Source: a virus
Lineage: Duplodnaviria; Heunggongvirae; Uroviricota; Caudoviricetes
Virus record (IMG/VR): IMGVR_UViG_3300025896_000022
DNA length: 57,226 nt
Strand: one strand, 5' to 3'
Notes under the pieces: generated by a model
Seen by the model: the letters and a program-made list of their open reading frames with translations, nothing else
Told to the model about the DNA's origin: nothing
Database searches by the model: none
Shown here: one piece after another, positions 49,134 through 56,943 of the stretch
How the letters are laid out: every line of letters begins with the position of its first letter
Numbering within the stretch: position 1 is the first letter of the stretch
Position numbers and translations under genes: made by a program

Positions 49134-49797
49134 TTTCTAATCGTTCTTTTAAATCTATGCATACTCCATTTTCTGAAGTTGCATATGTTGAATAATTAAC
49201 TAAACTTATTTCAAATATTACATTATCATTTGTTGTATTCATTTCAATTCTTTCAATAAGTTCATTTTCATTAAAATAGTTTACATCAATTTTATCAAAA
49301 GCTTCTGTAACTTTAATTTGAACATGCTCAATCATTTCTTTTTCAAGTTCCCGTAATTCTGGAGTAATAAATCCATTTATAATGTTAAAACTAACATCAA
49401 CTGAACATTCAGAGTCTTCATCTCCTGTAATTTGATATTCAACACTATCAAAACCTAATGATTTTGGTATAAATACTTGAATTGGTTCTGCTAAAGTAAG
49501 TGTACCCCAATCATCTTCTGAATAATAATCAATACCTTCAAAACATTTTGTTTCTGGATTATATTCTGCTCTTCCATTTGCAGAAAATTCACCTGCCCAA
49601 GAACCATAATCAAGTTCATTATACATCATATCAACTAATGTAGATATTTCTTCTCCATCAGCATTTTCACCATCTAGTTCAAAGAATACCCAACCTGAAT
49701 CTCCTCCACCTTCCCAGCAAAGTTCAAGTAATCTTCCTTCTTCAACTTGTTTGTCACACCATGTAATAATGTCTTTAATACTAATAATTTCACTCAT
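49117..49797 (-). CDS. Acidic hypothetical protein (DUF6878-like, recalled)
   Basis: WEGGGDSG...YGSWAGEFSANG motif; very acidic. Confidence 0.5.
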   Translation of the reverse strand: MSEIISIKDIITWCDKQVEEGRLLELCWEGGGDSGWVFFELDGENADGEEISTLVDMMYNELDYGSWAGEFSANGRAEYNPETKCFEGIDYYSEDDWGTLTLAEPIQVFIPKSLGFDSVEYQITGDEDSECSVDVSFNIINGFITPELRELEKEMIEHVQIKVTEAFDKIDVNYFNENELIERIEMNTTNDNVIFEISLVNYSTYATSENGVCIDLKERLENENNE

Positions 49798-50200
49798 GAT
49801 TTTCTAAATTTACAGTTTCTTTTTTAAATACATAATCTGATTTTTCATCTTGTATTGTTTTCAATACTTTACGACCTTCACCTGGTTTATACATCCAGTT
49901 TACTTGAGTCATGTTGTCAAGGTAATCTTTAATAGTAGGAATAAATCCTACATCTTCCATAACATGTTGTTCACCAATTGCTCTAACAGGAATCATTTTT
50001 CCTTCTGAATTGATAATGTAAGTGCCAAACTTTTCCTCACACCAGAAAATACCTTCTGAATGATGTCTTAATGCTCTATGACGCATATCTGGATAATGTT
50101 TCTTGGTTTCATCAAACCAATTATGAATTGAAAGATAATCATCAACATGACCACCATGTTTCTTTTTTGATGAAAGTGCGTGATGTAATGGATGTGACAT
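49790..50200 (-). CDS. His-rich hypothetical protein (DUF6915-like, recalled)
   Basis: HPLHHA.SS...GG...DY..IHNWFD..K...DMRHRALRHHSEGIF...IGEQHVMED. Confidence 0.6.
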   Translation of the reverse strand: MSHPLHHALSSKKKHGGHVDDYLSIHNWFDETKKHYPDMRHRALRHHSEGIFWCEEKFGTYIINSEGKMIPVRAIGEQHVMEDVGFIPTIKDYLDNMTQVNWMYKPGEGRKVLKTIQDEKSDYVFKKETVNLENHE

Positions 50201-50202
50201 AA

Positions 50203-50373
50203 TTAAAATATTTTGATGTTAAGGTTTTCTACAACCATCCAATTGCAATTACTATCTAATATGTAATTGCCTTTTTCGTCAGTATAATCTTCAGGTGACT
50301 CCCAGATATTTTCATCATAAGGATACACGGTAACAGTACCGTCATAATAATCAAGCACAACTAATTTTTTCAT
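50203..50373 (-). CDS. 56-aa hypothetical protein (not in ORF track)
   Basis: MKKLVVLDYYDGTVTVYPY...NLNIKIF*; fills the gap exactly, with its start overlapping the upstream stop. Confidence 0.65.
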   Translation of the reverse strand: MKKLVVLDYYDGTVTVYPYDENIWESPEDYTDEKGNYILDSNCNWMVVENLNIKIF

Positions 50374-50564
50374 TATAGTATTTTAAATTTATCAACTTCA
50401 GGAAGTAATCCAAGTGAACTACCATTTTCCCAGTTTACATGAATTGTTCCCATGTCATCAACTTTTTTTACAATACCTTTTGTACCTATTGGCGGAGCTT
50501 GTCCATCATTCATATATACAAGTTCTATTTTTTTACCAATAATATCATTACTATAATTCACCAT
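50373..50564 (-). CDS. DUF4314-like small protein
   Basis: IELVYMND..APPIGTKG.V..VDDMGTIHVNWENGSSLGL....D motif. Confidence 0.75.
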   Translation of the reverse strand: MVNYSNDIIGKKIELVYMNDGQAPPIGTKGIVKKVDDMGTIHVNWENGSSLGLLPEVDKFKIL

Positions 50565-51108
50565 CTTGTTTCATTTTATAATATTCTTCAAATAAATTAC
50601 CAAATCTTCCTTCCGTTTTTTTAACATTTTCATCTCCAAATGGATATGGTTTTAATGATATTGCATCTATTAATTCACCATTTTCGTTTGCCATTTTACC
50701 TTCACGAACCATTTCATGTATTTCCATAAGTGATTCATCTTTACTTTCATAAGTTGAAATCAAACATTCAATTTTAGGTAAATCTTTCCAGTTTTTAGGA
50801 ACTTTTTTTAAACCTTCTGGTGCTTTACGTAACCATGCTTCTGATGACCAAGAAAAACATATTGGTTCTTGTCCTGTTTTAACTAAATGTGCAAATAGAG
50901 AAGGTATTTGTTTTGCCAATTTATCTTTAGAATCATCATCTTCAAGAAATTCACTTGGAACAGGAAATACAGCTACATTAATTTGTTCTTCTTTATTTTT
51001 CACAAGAACAGTAATAACTGGTGCTAAACCTCCATCTTTGCTAAGCATATATAACATTAGTTCTGTATTTGCTTTTTTAAAATCTTTAATGTAATTCTCG
51101 TTGTTCAT
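50551..51108 (-). CDS. Hypothetical protein
   Basis: 185-aa ORF overlapping its neighbours. Confidence 0.6.
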   Translation of the reverse strand: MNNENYIKDFKKANTELMLYMLSKDGGLAPVITVLVKNKEEQINVAVFPVPSEFLEDDDSKDKLAKQIPSLFAHLVKTGQEPICFSWSSEAWLRKAPEGLKKVPKNWKDLPKIECLISTYESKDESLMEIHEMVREGKMANENGELIDAISLKPYPFGDENVKKTEGRFGNLFEEYYKMKQDGEL

Positions 51109-51352
51109 AACTTGTAAAATTTTGAATTTTAATATTTAAATTATAGAAATCTTTTGTGACATATTTTTTTATATGTTCTGCATCATTATTATTAATGATA
51201 ATTTTGCCATTTTCTTTTACGTATTCTACCAGTTTTTTACCTGGTTTTAATATTCCTCTATCTATATTATATCTTAATGCAGATTCAAAATATTTTTGTG
51301 TTACAGAAGTAGGTTTTCTGGTTAATCTTTCGAATTTAATTCTTTTACGCAT
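51086..51352 (-). CDS. Hypothetical basic protein
   Basis: 88-aa ORF in the operon. Confidence 0.5.
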   Translation of the reverse strand: MRKRIKFERLTRKPTSVTQKYFESALRYNIDRGILKPGKKLVEYVKENGKIIINNNDAEHIKKYVTKDFYNLNIKIQNFTSYEQRELH

Positions 51353-51825
51353 TTGAAGTCTAATAAATCAGTAATTAACTGAGGTTTATAATCTATTACT
51401 TCTGCACATACATTAATGTATCTTGAGTCATCAATGCTATTTTCATGTACATGTCCGTGTATATTATGTGAATATCTGAATTCTAATTGTGATGGATGTA
51501 CAGGACAATGTGTTAAAATCACTTTGTTTTTATAATCTATCATACCAGAAACACTATTAACATATTCAAGCATGAATTTTACATGCTGTCTTTCGTCATG
51601 ATTACCAAGAACTACATTTATAATTCCATTTAATCTACTTAATATTTTATAATCTTTTTTTTCTATTGTAATATCTCCAAGAAGATAAACTGCATCTTTT
51701 TTGGATACAGTTTCATTCCAGGATTTTACAATATGCTCGTTCATTTCTTCTGCTGAAGAAAATCCACGATGTTTTGCCATATTTTCATGATGAAAATGCG
51801 GATCACTGTATACAAATGCACTCAT
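51322..51825 (-). CDS. Calcineurin-like metallophosphoesterase
   Basis: SDPHF.H, LLGD, GNHD, THCP and HGHVH motifs. Confidence 0.9.
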   Translation of the reverse strand: MSAFVYSDPHFHHENMAKHRGFSSAEEMNEHIVKSWNETVSKKDAVYLLGDITIEKKDYKILSRLNGIINVVLGNHDERQHVKFMLEYVNSVSGMIDYKNKVILTHCPVHPSQLEFRYSHNIHGHVHENSIDDSRYINVCAEVIDYKPQLITDLLDFKCVKELNSKD

Positions 51826-52046
51826 TTTAAAAATATTTTTAAAGTTTTTCCATCATCTTGATATTGTATTTCAACATCTTTTGCATTGTAATTTGTATAT
51901 GCTCTACCATTAAATGGTGGCGAATGTTGTATAACTTCTACTCTTGTTACTTTTGGTAGTATAAAAGTAGTCTCATTGATTTCACAAGCTCTATTAAAAT
52001 CTTCTTGTTCATCTAACATTTCTTGAGGTGTTCCAAATATTGTCAT
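51822..52046 (-). CDS. Hypothetical protein
   Basis: KVTRVEVI...QDDGKTLKIFL small-protein pattern; ATGA-coupled. Confidence 0.6.
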   Translation of the reverse strand: MTIFGTPQEMLDEQEDFNRACEINETTFILPKVTRVEVIQHSPPFNGRAYTNYNAKDVEIQYQDDGKTLKIFLK

Positions 52047-52049
52047 AAC

Positions 52050-52295
52050 TTAATAATTACAGATTTGATCATCAACACTATATAATCCATCTCTTTGAAT
52101 TTGCTTTGTAATTCCCGAGCAATTATTTTTAACAGTCATAACTGAAAATTGATGTAATCCCCCGGGGACTGCTAAATTAAAAGTGTTGCTTACTTCAACT
52201 GTACCACAATTACAATTTACAGTGTTATCTATTCTATCATTCTTTGAGCAACTATATAAGCTCATTACTAAAATTCCGATAATAATTTTTTTCAT
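52050..52295 (-). CDS. Putative lipoprotein
   Basis: MKKIIIGILVMSLYSC lipobox followed by a Cys-containing mature part. Confidence 0.65.
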   Translation of the reverse strand: MKKIIIGILVMSLYSCSKNDRIDNTVNCNCGTVEVSNTFNLAVPGGLHQFSVMTVKNNCSGITKQIQRDGLYSVDDQICNY

Positions 52296-52308
52296 TTTTT
52301 TTTTAATA

Positions 52309-52566
52309 TTAATATTTTTCCATTACTACAATCCACGTTGAGTGGTCAATACCTTTATTAGCCCCTTCAACCTCTTTTAAAATCCAACCTTTTTTCATTT
52401 GTTGGCTAATGTAATTTGCTACTATTTCGCTATCTATTTCAGCATCGAAATGAGTTATCGTATACAACTTTGGTGGCGCGGGTTTAACAGTCATAACGCT
52501 AACTGTTGCAGCTGATGTAAGAACGACTAATGCAATTCCTAAAATAAAATAAAATGCGTTTTTCAT
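52309..52566 (-). CDS. Exported/membrane-anchored small protein
   Basis: Hydrophobic N-terminus FYFILGIALVVLTSAA. Confidence 0.6.
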   Translation of the reverse strand: MKNAFYFILGIALVVLTSAATVSVMTVKPAPPKLYTITHFDAEIDSEIVANYISQQMKKGWILKEVEGANKGIDHSTWIVVMEKY

Positions 52567-52835
52567 AATCCTTTTTCTTTTTTATAGATTTCTAATAGTT
52601 CTTCAGTTGTATATTCGTTATCTGCCTTATCATACATTCTCCAGCAAGTAGTTTCTTTATAAGCATTATTTGGTATCCACTCCACAAACCCAATAGCAAA
52701 TTCATCTTGTTGCTCCTTTTCCATTTTTTTGGCTTCTTGAACTAACCAAGTATTCGCATTTTCAAACTGTTTTTTGCTTATATAATTGCAAACTAACATT
52801 TGCTCTACCAACCATTCTACCTCTGTTTGTTTCAT
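52563..52835 (-). CDS. Small cassette protein (MKQTEVEWL type)
   Basis: 90 aa ending EELLEIYKKEKGL; GGATTATGA overlap with the next gene. Confidence 0.65.
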   Translation of the reverse strand: MKQTEVEWLVEQMLVCNYISKKQFENANTWLVQEAKKMEKEQQDEFAIGFVEWIPNNAYKETTCWRMYDKADNEYTTEELLEIYKKEKGL

Positions 52836-53218
52836 AATCCTAATTTTTTAATTACTGTTTTGGTTAATGTTTGTTGTTTTTAAAGATTAGAAAGCGCCTT
52901 TATATTTGTGAATACTCCTAAATAAATACTTGCCGTTTCTTCATTAAAACCATCAAATAAACATCTTTCTTTTGCTTGATGGTATTCTGAAACTAGATTA
53001 TTAATGCTGTCTAACTCGTCGCAAGATAAATCTGCATCATTATATAAAGGCTCTTCCAATACATCCCCATCTTCATCACAAGGCACAAACATCCATAGTT
53101 CTAATGGTTGTTTTAGAAAGTTGGCGTAGTTTATTATTAATTCTAATTTTTTTTTATTTGTTATGTCAAGGTATTTTTCTTGCTCCAATACAAAATCTGT
53201 CATTGATATTAATTTCAT
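52832..53218 (-). pseudogene. MKLISMTDFV-type gene with premature in-frame TAA
   Basis: After TAA at 52880-52882 the frame continues KQQTLTKTVIKKLGL to a TGA that overlaps the next ATG via GGATTATGA. Confidence 0.55.
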
Positions 53219-53222
53219 AATC

Positions 53223-53492
53223 TTATTTTTTAAATTTATTAAATAATTCATTAAGTATAGCACCGTTAAAAGTCATATTATTAGCTTGAGCTAACATGCC
53301 AACCATATTATAAACTATTTCTTTAAATTCTTCCTCACTATAACTTCTTTCTTGTTGCCATTTAGCACCTGCTATAAAATTACTAATTTGCAATTCTTTA
53401 CTATCCATCCATGTACTTGTAGGCACTGGAATAATTTCTGTTTTTTTATTAAATCTTTTTTCAGCAGTTTCTTTAAGTGTTTCTTTTTTCAT
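53223..53492 (-). CDS. Cassette protein MKKETL...AKWQQERSYS...FKK (paralog 2)
   Basis: Shares its N-terminus and an internal 33-nt block with 53660..53929. Confidence 0.7.
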   Translation of the reverse strand: MKKETLKETAEKRFNKKTEIIPVPTSTWMDSKELQISNFIAGAKWQQERSYSEEEFKEIVYNMVGMLAQANNMTFNGAILNELFNKFKK

Positions 53493-53816
53493 CTTATTTT
53501 TCTTTAATTTCTTTTAATTCAATTTTATAAGATTCTATAAGTTTACCATTTCTAATAATAGTGTCTGATAATAAATGACTATATCTTTGCGATGTTTTTA
53601 TAACATCTTCTTTTAAGTATTCAATTAGAATTACTATTTCATCTTCTCTTTCCATAATCTTATTTCTTTTTAAATTGTTCAAACCATTCCTCACAAGTTC
53701 TATTCTTTTCATCAATAGCGTGAACATCACTACCGTATCCAATACTAAATCCTACTTTAAAAGCTGATTTCATATCTTCCACGCTATAACTTCTTTCTTG
53801 TTGCCATTTAGCACCT
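53338..53816. repeat. 33-nt direct repeat, 2 copies (53338-53370, 53784-53816)
   Basis: ctataacttctttcttgttgccatttagcacct is identical in both copies and encodes GAKWQQERSYS on the - strand. Confidence 0.9.
53494..53655 (-). CDS. 53-aa cassette protein (MEREDE...)
   Basis: The start at 53655 follows the TAAGATTATG junction, more plausible than 53742. Confidence 0.55.
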   Translation of the reverse strand: MEREDEIVILIEYLKEDVIKTSQRYSHLLSDTIIRNGKLIESYKIELKEIKEK

Positions 53817-53929
53817 TCAATAAATGATTCTCTTTGATAGATATTTGAATCGTGGTATCCATCCATTATTGATTCTATATTTTCAGGGTATAATCTTTCA
53901 GCAACTTCTTCAAGTGTTTCTTTTTTCAT
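53660..53929 (-). CDS. Cassette protein MKKETL...AKWQQERSYS...EQFKKK (paralog 1)
   Basis: Shares repeats with 53223..53492. Confidence 0.7.
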   Translation of the reverse strand: MKKETLEEVAERLYPENIESIMDGYHDSNIYQRESFIEGAKWQQERSYSVEDMKSAFKVGFSIGYGSDVHAIDEKNRTCEEWFEQFKKK

Positions 53930-53930
53930 C

Positions 53931-54866
53931 TTATTTCTTTTTAAATTGTTCTGATATTAATCTTCTTGCTTCTGCATCAGATTTTGTTGCTCTTAATTTT
54001 TGTAGAAATTCTGATTTACATATCCGGTCTTGGCACCATTCAACTCCTATTTTAAAAGAGAGGATATCAAACTTTGGGTATTCTATTTCTTTAGAAATCC
54101 TATAAAATCCTTCTGATGTTGTTTCTTGTTTAGGTTCATCTTCCCACAAACTATCTTCGTGATTCTTCATATCAATTAAATGTTGTTTAGGTTCTGCTAC
54201 CAACAAACTTTTACGATTTACGCAACCATTAACATCGCAATAATTCATTGTACATTTTTCATCTGGAGTTTCTCAAAATGAATGTAGTTTAGGTGCTCCA
54301 ATTGTATCCTTTTTACATTTAACATTTATAAATCCTTGGCACTCTGTATCACAAATACAATTGCTTTGATATTTATAGTTCGGTTCTTCTTTTGGTTTGC
54401 CAACTACAACATATTGTTTTCCTTTTTCCATACCTCCTAATAATTCAACTTGTTTCGGTTCTTCTTTTGGAATTATTAATAAATGAGAATATCCACTATA
54501 ATCAAAGTATGGAACTTTGATAGTTTTAATCTCCTCACAACTACTATTATTCACAAACCATCCTAAAAACTCATCATCAATAGCTTGTACACCATTTTTG
54601 ACTAAGTCTTGGTCTGTTGTTAGGATGATTTTTTTAGTAATTGGTTGGATTCCATAATAACCTTCAAGAAAATAAACTTCATTAGTATGAGTGTTTAACA
54701 CCCAACAATCTTTAATTTCTTCATCAGAAGTGATATACATACTAAATCTTTTGTATTCAGTTCTTTTAGTAGCTATATCTGCCAAGCATAATCTGTCAAT
54801 TACATCATATTTTTGCTTGACTAGCCTACTTGCTAATTTTGTTGGTAATACGTGTATGTTTTTCAT
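53931..54866 (-). pseudogene. MKNIHVLPT-type gene interrupted by a single in-frame TGA
   Basis: ORFs 54273..54893 and 53931..54248 are in the same frame: ...KLHSF-TGA-ETPDEKCT-MNYCD... Start at 54866 by ATGA overlap. Confidence 0.6.
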
Positions 54867-55150
54867 TTGTTTATGTGTTTTAAATAAATCCAATGCACTA
54901 TTGATTCTGTTTCTTTACCTTCAAGACCAGCTTCTACAAAATCTGCTTGTTTGAATCCAGCTTCAAATGATTGTCTCATTAGTTCTAATACATCTTTTTC
55001 TGTATGATTGTTCTTTTTCTTTGGTTTAGCTTTACATTTCTCACAATATAAATCTTTTGTCATTCCAATTGAAATGATTACACTACATGTATGACACAGC
55101 GTGGCGCCTCTTCCTCCATTTAGTTTATGGATTGGTTTAATTTTTGTCAT
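54863..55150 (-). CDS. Small Cys-motif protein
   Basis: KLNGGRGATLCHTC...CEKC, two CxxC motifs. Confidence 0.6.
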   Translation of the reverse strand: MTKIKPIHKLNGGRGATLCHTCSVIISIGMTKDLYCEKCKAKPKKKNNHTEKDVLELMRQSFEAGFKQADFVEAGLEGKETESIVHWIYLKHINK

Positions 55151-55343
55151 TTTTTATTGTTTTAAATTCTTCATCAAGAGTTTGATCTGGTGTAAATACT
55201 TTATCACAATTTGCACAAATAAAACATTCACCATCTTCAGTGTATTTAACTATTGATTTTCCTTCTGTAATATATTTACTACAAGTTGTACAATTGCAAG
55301 CATTTTTAGTTTTGCAATATGGACATGTAAATGCACCCATCAT
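55137..55343 (-). CDS. Small Cys-rich zinc-finger protein
   Basis: CPYC, CNC, CTTC and CANC; the ATG overlaps the upstream TGA. Confidence 0.6.
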   Translation of the reverse strand: MMGAFTCPYCKTKNACNCTTCSKYITEGKSIVKYTEDGECFICANCDKVFTPDQTLDEEFKTIKNDKN

Positions 55344-56038
55344 AAGAATGATATTGTGTTTGTTTCTGGATTCCAATCAAAAGTGAATGGTCTTTGTGCA
55401 TATGCGTATTGTTCATTAAGAACAGCAGCATTAAAAAAGTGTGTATCACCATCAAAGTAATAACCATATCCTGTATGAATATGACCACATAAATGTATTT
55501 TAGGTTTTATTGCTTTTATTCTTGCAAGTAAATCTTGACAACCTAAGTTCTCAGAACGTCTACCTTCAACACTATCTAATATACCATAAGCAGGTCCATG
55601 AGACATAAGAATATCTATATCATCTGGTATTGCATTAAGTACTGCAAGCATTTCTTCACTACCTCTGTGTACATTAAATGCCCAGTTATGAAACCATGGT
55701 GTATGTGGAAATCCATATATTTTAATCATTTTATCCACATCATTTTTGTCACTTATTTTTATCCATTCTTGATTAAGACAATCTATATTTTTATAAGAAC
55801 TGACAAATTCAAATGCTTTTTCTGGATCTTCTTCAAATAACCAATCATGATTTCCAGGTATAAATACTTTATGTTTATATTGATCTTGATTATTTAACCA
55901 TTTGCAAAATTCTTGCACTTCATGTTCATATCCCATTGATGAAATATCTCCTGAATGTAATAATAAATCACCTCCTACTAAATCATTAGTAATTTGATTG
56001 TGTTTATTATGTGTATCACTTATTAATGTTATTATCAT
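55340..56038 (-). CDS. Calcineurin-like metallophosphoesterase (MPPED-like)
   Basis: ISDTH, HSGD, PGNHD, SHGP and GHIH motifs. Confidence 0.9.
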   Translation of the reverse strand: MIITLISDTHNKHNQITNDLVGGDLLLHSGDISSMGYEHEVQEFCKWLNNQDQYKHKVFIPGNHDWLFEEDPEKAFEFVSSYKNIDCLNQEWIKISDKNDVDKMIKIYGFPHTPWFHNWAFNVHRGSEEMLAVLNAIPDDIDILMSHGPAYGILDSVEGRRSENLGCQDLLARIKAIKPKIHLCGHIHTGYGYYFDGDTHFFNAAVLNEQYAYAQRPFTFDWNPETNTISFL

Positions 56039-56060
56039 TTTATTTAATTTTATAATTACT

Positions 56061-56208
56061 AAAACTTGAACAGGAATTGAACCTGATGTCTATCCTTTTG
56101 TCTTGCGCTCTGATAGATCTAACGTTCATAAAATATAATTTTATTACTAAGTTGTTAATACTCTGGCATCTTGTCCTAAAGTTGTTTTACCTCTTAAACT
56201 ACAAGTTC
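56061..56208 (-). ncRNA. tRNA-like RNA with about 75-nt expansion replacing the anticodon loop
   Basis: Acceptor stem GAACTTG/CAAGTTT, T8A9, D-arm GTTT-AAGAGGTA-AAAC, T-loop GG-TTCAATT-CC. No canonical anticodon loop and no encoded CCA. Confidence 0.5.
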
Positions 56209-56222
56209 TAATAATTTTACTG

Positions 56223-56726
56223 TTAATTAATATTTACTATTTTTTTAAACTTTTCTATAACTGCATAACCTTTAGAAGTTGCCCATAAGTTTGCATAATG
56301 TAAGTTTTTCTTTGCTTTGTCATCTTTGCAACATGATTCTCTTCCTTGTTCAGGTTTTAATCCAGCATCATGTAACATGCATTTGTCATCTTTAGTAAGA
56401 AGTTTACAAGTTCCAATTGGTAAAAATGGTGCTCTATAATTTTTATCAGCATCAGTTCCACCACTTAAAAATTCTACATCTTCTCTATGAGGATTTGGAT
56501 TTTCTTGTTGATATTTATATAATTCTTTTTGTAATGCTCCAAAAGGATTATCATTATTTATATCTTCAAGTTTTATACGAGAACCTTCAGGACTCCCAGT
56601 CCAGTAATCTATTCTTAACTTATTTGCATATCCTGCATCAATGATTTTGTCAAATTCTTCTGGTGTTCCAGCACATGGTCTATTGTGACACATGTTAATT
56701 CCATTTACACATCCTGTACAATCCAT
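56223..56726 (-). CDS. Cys-rich Zn/Fe-S-binding protein (YkgJ/CxxCxxCC-like)
   Basis: CTGC...MCHNRPC...CKLL...KCMLH...KP...SCC. Confidence 0.55.
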   Translation of the reverse strand: MDCTGCVNGINMCHNRPCAGTPEEFDKIIDAGYANKLRIDYWTGSPEGSRIKLEDINNDNPFGALQKELYKYQQENPNPHREDVEFLSGGTDADKNYRAPFLPIGTCKLLTKDDKCMLHDAGLKPEQGRESCCKDDKAKKNLHYANLWATSKGYAVIEKFKKIVNIN

Positions 56727-56727
56727 A

Positions 56728-56943
56728 TTAGTCTTCTTCTAAAAAATTAATTTTTACTGGTGTTCCTGTAAGACGTTTATAATGCACTTGAACCATTGCT
56801 GTTTTTGTAGCATTAGCGTAAGATCTTATGGCAAGCATTCCTTGTTTTAAATCTTTTGTTGCTTCATAGGTTTCTTTAAAACCATCACCAACTTCAATAA
56901 GATTTTGTCTTACTTCTCTTATTTTTTTTTCTTTTTTTATCAT
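56728..56943 (-). CDS. Hypothetical helical protein
   Basis: 71-aa ORF, ATGA-coupled to the upstream truncated gene. Confidence 0.6.
   Translation of the reverse strand: MIKKEKKIREVRQNLIEVGDGFKETYEATKDLKQGMLAIRSYANATKTAMVQVHYKRLTGTPVKINFLEED

Larger units (their letters stand above)
53475..53951. repeat. Gene-junction direct repeats (25 nt: 53475-53499/53912-53936; 24 nt: 53657-53680/53928-53951)
   Basis: aagtgtttcttttttcatcttattt and atcttatttctttttaaattgttc each span a stop-start junction. Confidence 0.9.

Noticed and set aside
53216-53951. Repeats read as a CRISPR array or integron attC sites
   Set aside because: The repeats are coding or junction sequences of unequal type and spacing, are not palindromic, and have no cas or integrase gene nearby.
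56061-56208. Calling the element a functional tRNA-Val, tRNA-Sec or tmRNA
   Set aside because: There is no Y32-U33 anticodon loop, no UCA anticodon or Sec-type arms, and no tag ORF; it is far shorter than tmRNA. It is kept only as tRNA-like.
33069-56644. Short + strand ORFs overlapping the - strand genes (all except 44576..44935)
   Set aside because: They are fully nested antisense to well-supported genes and have no recognisable motifs.
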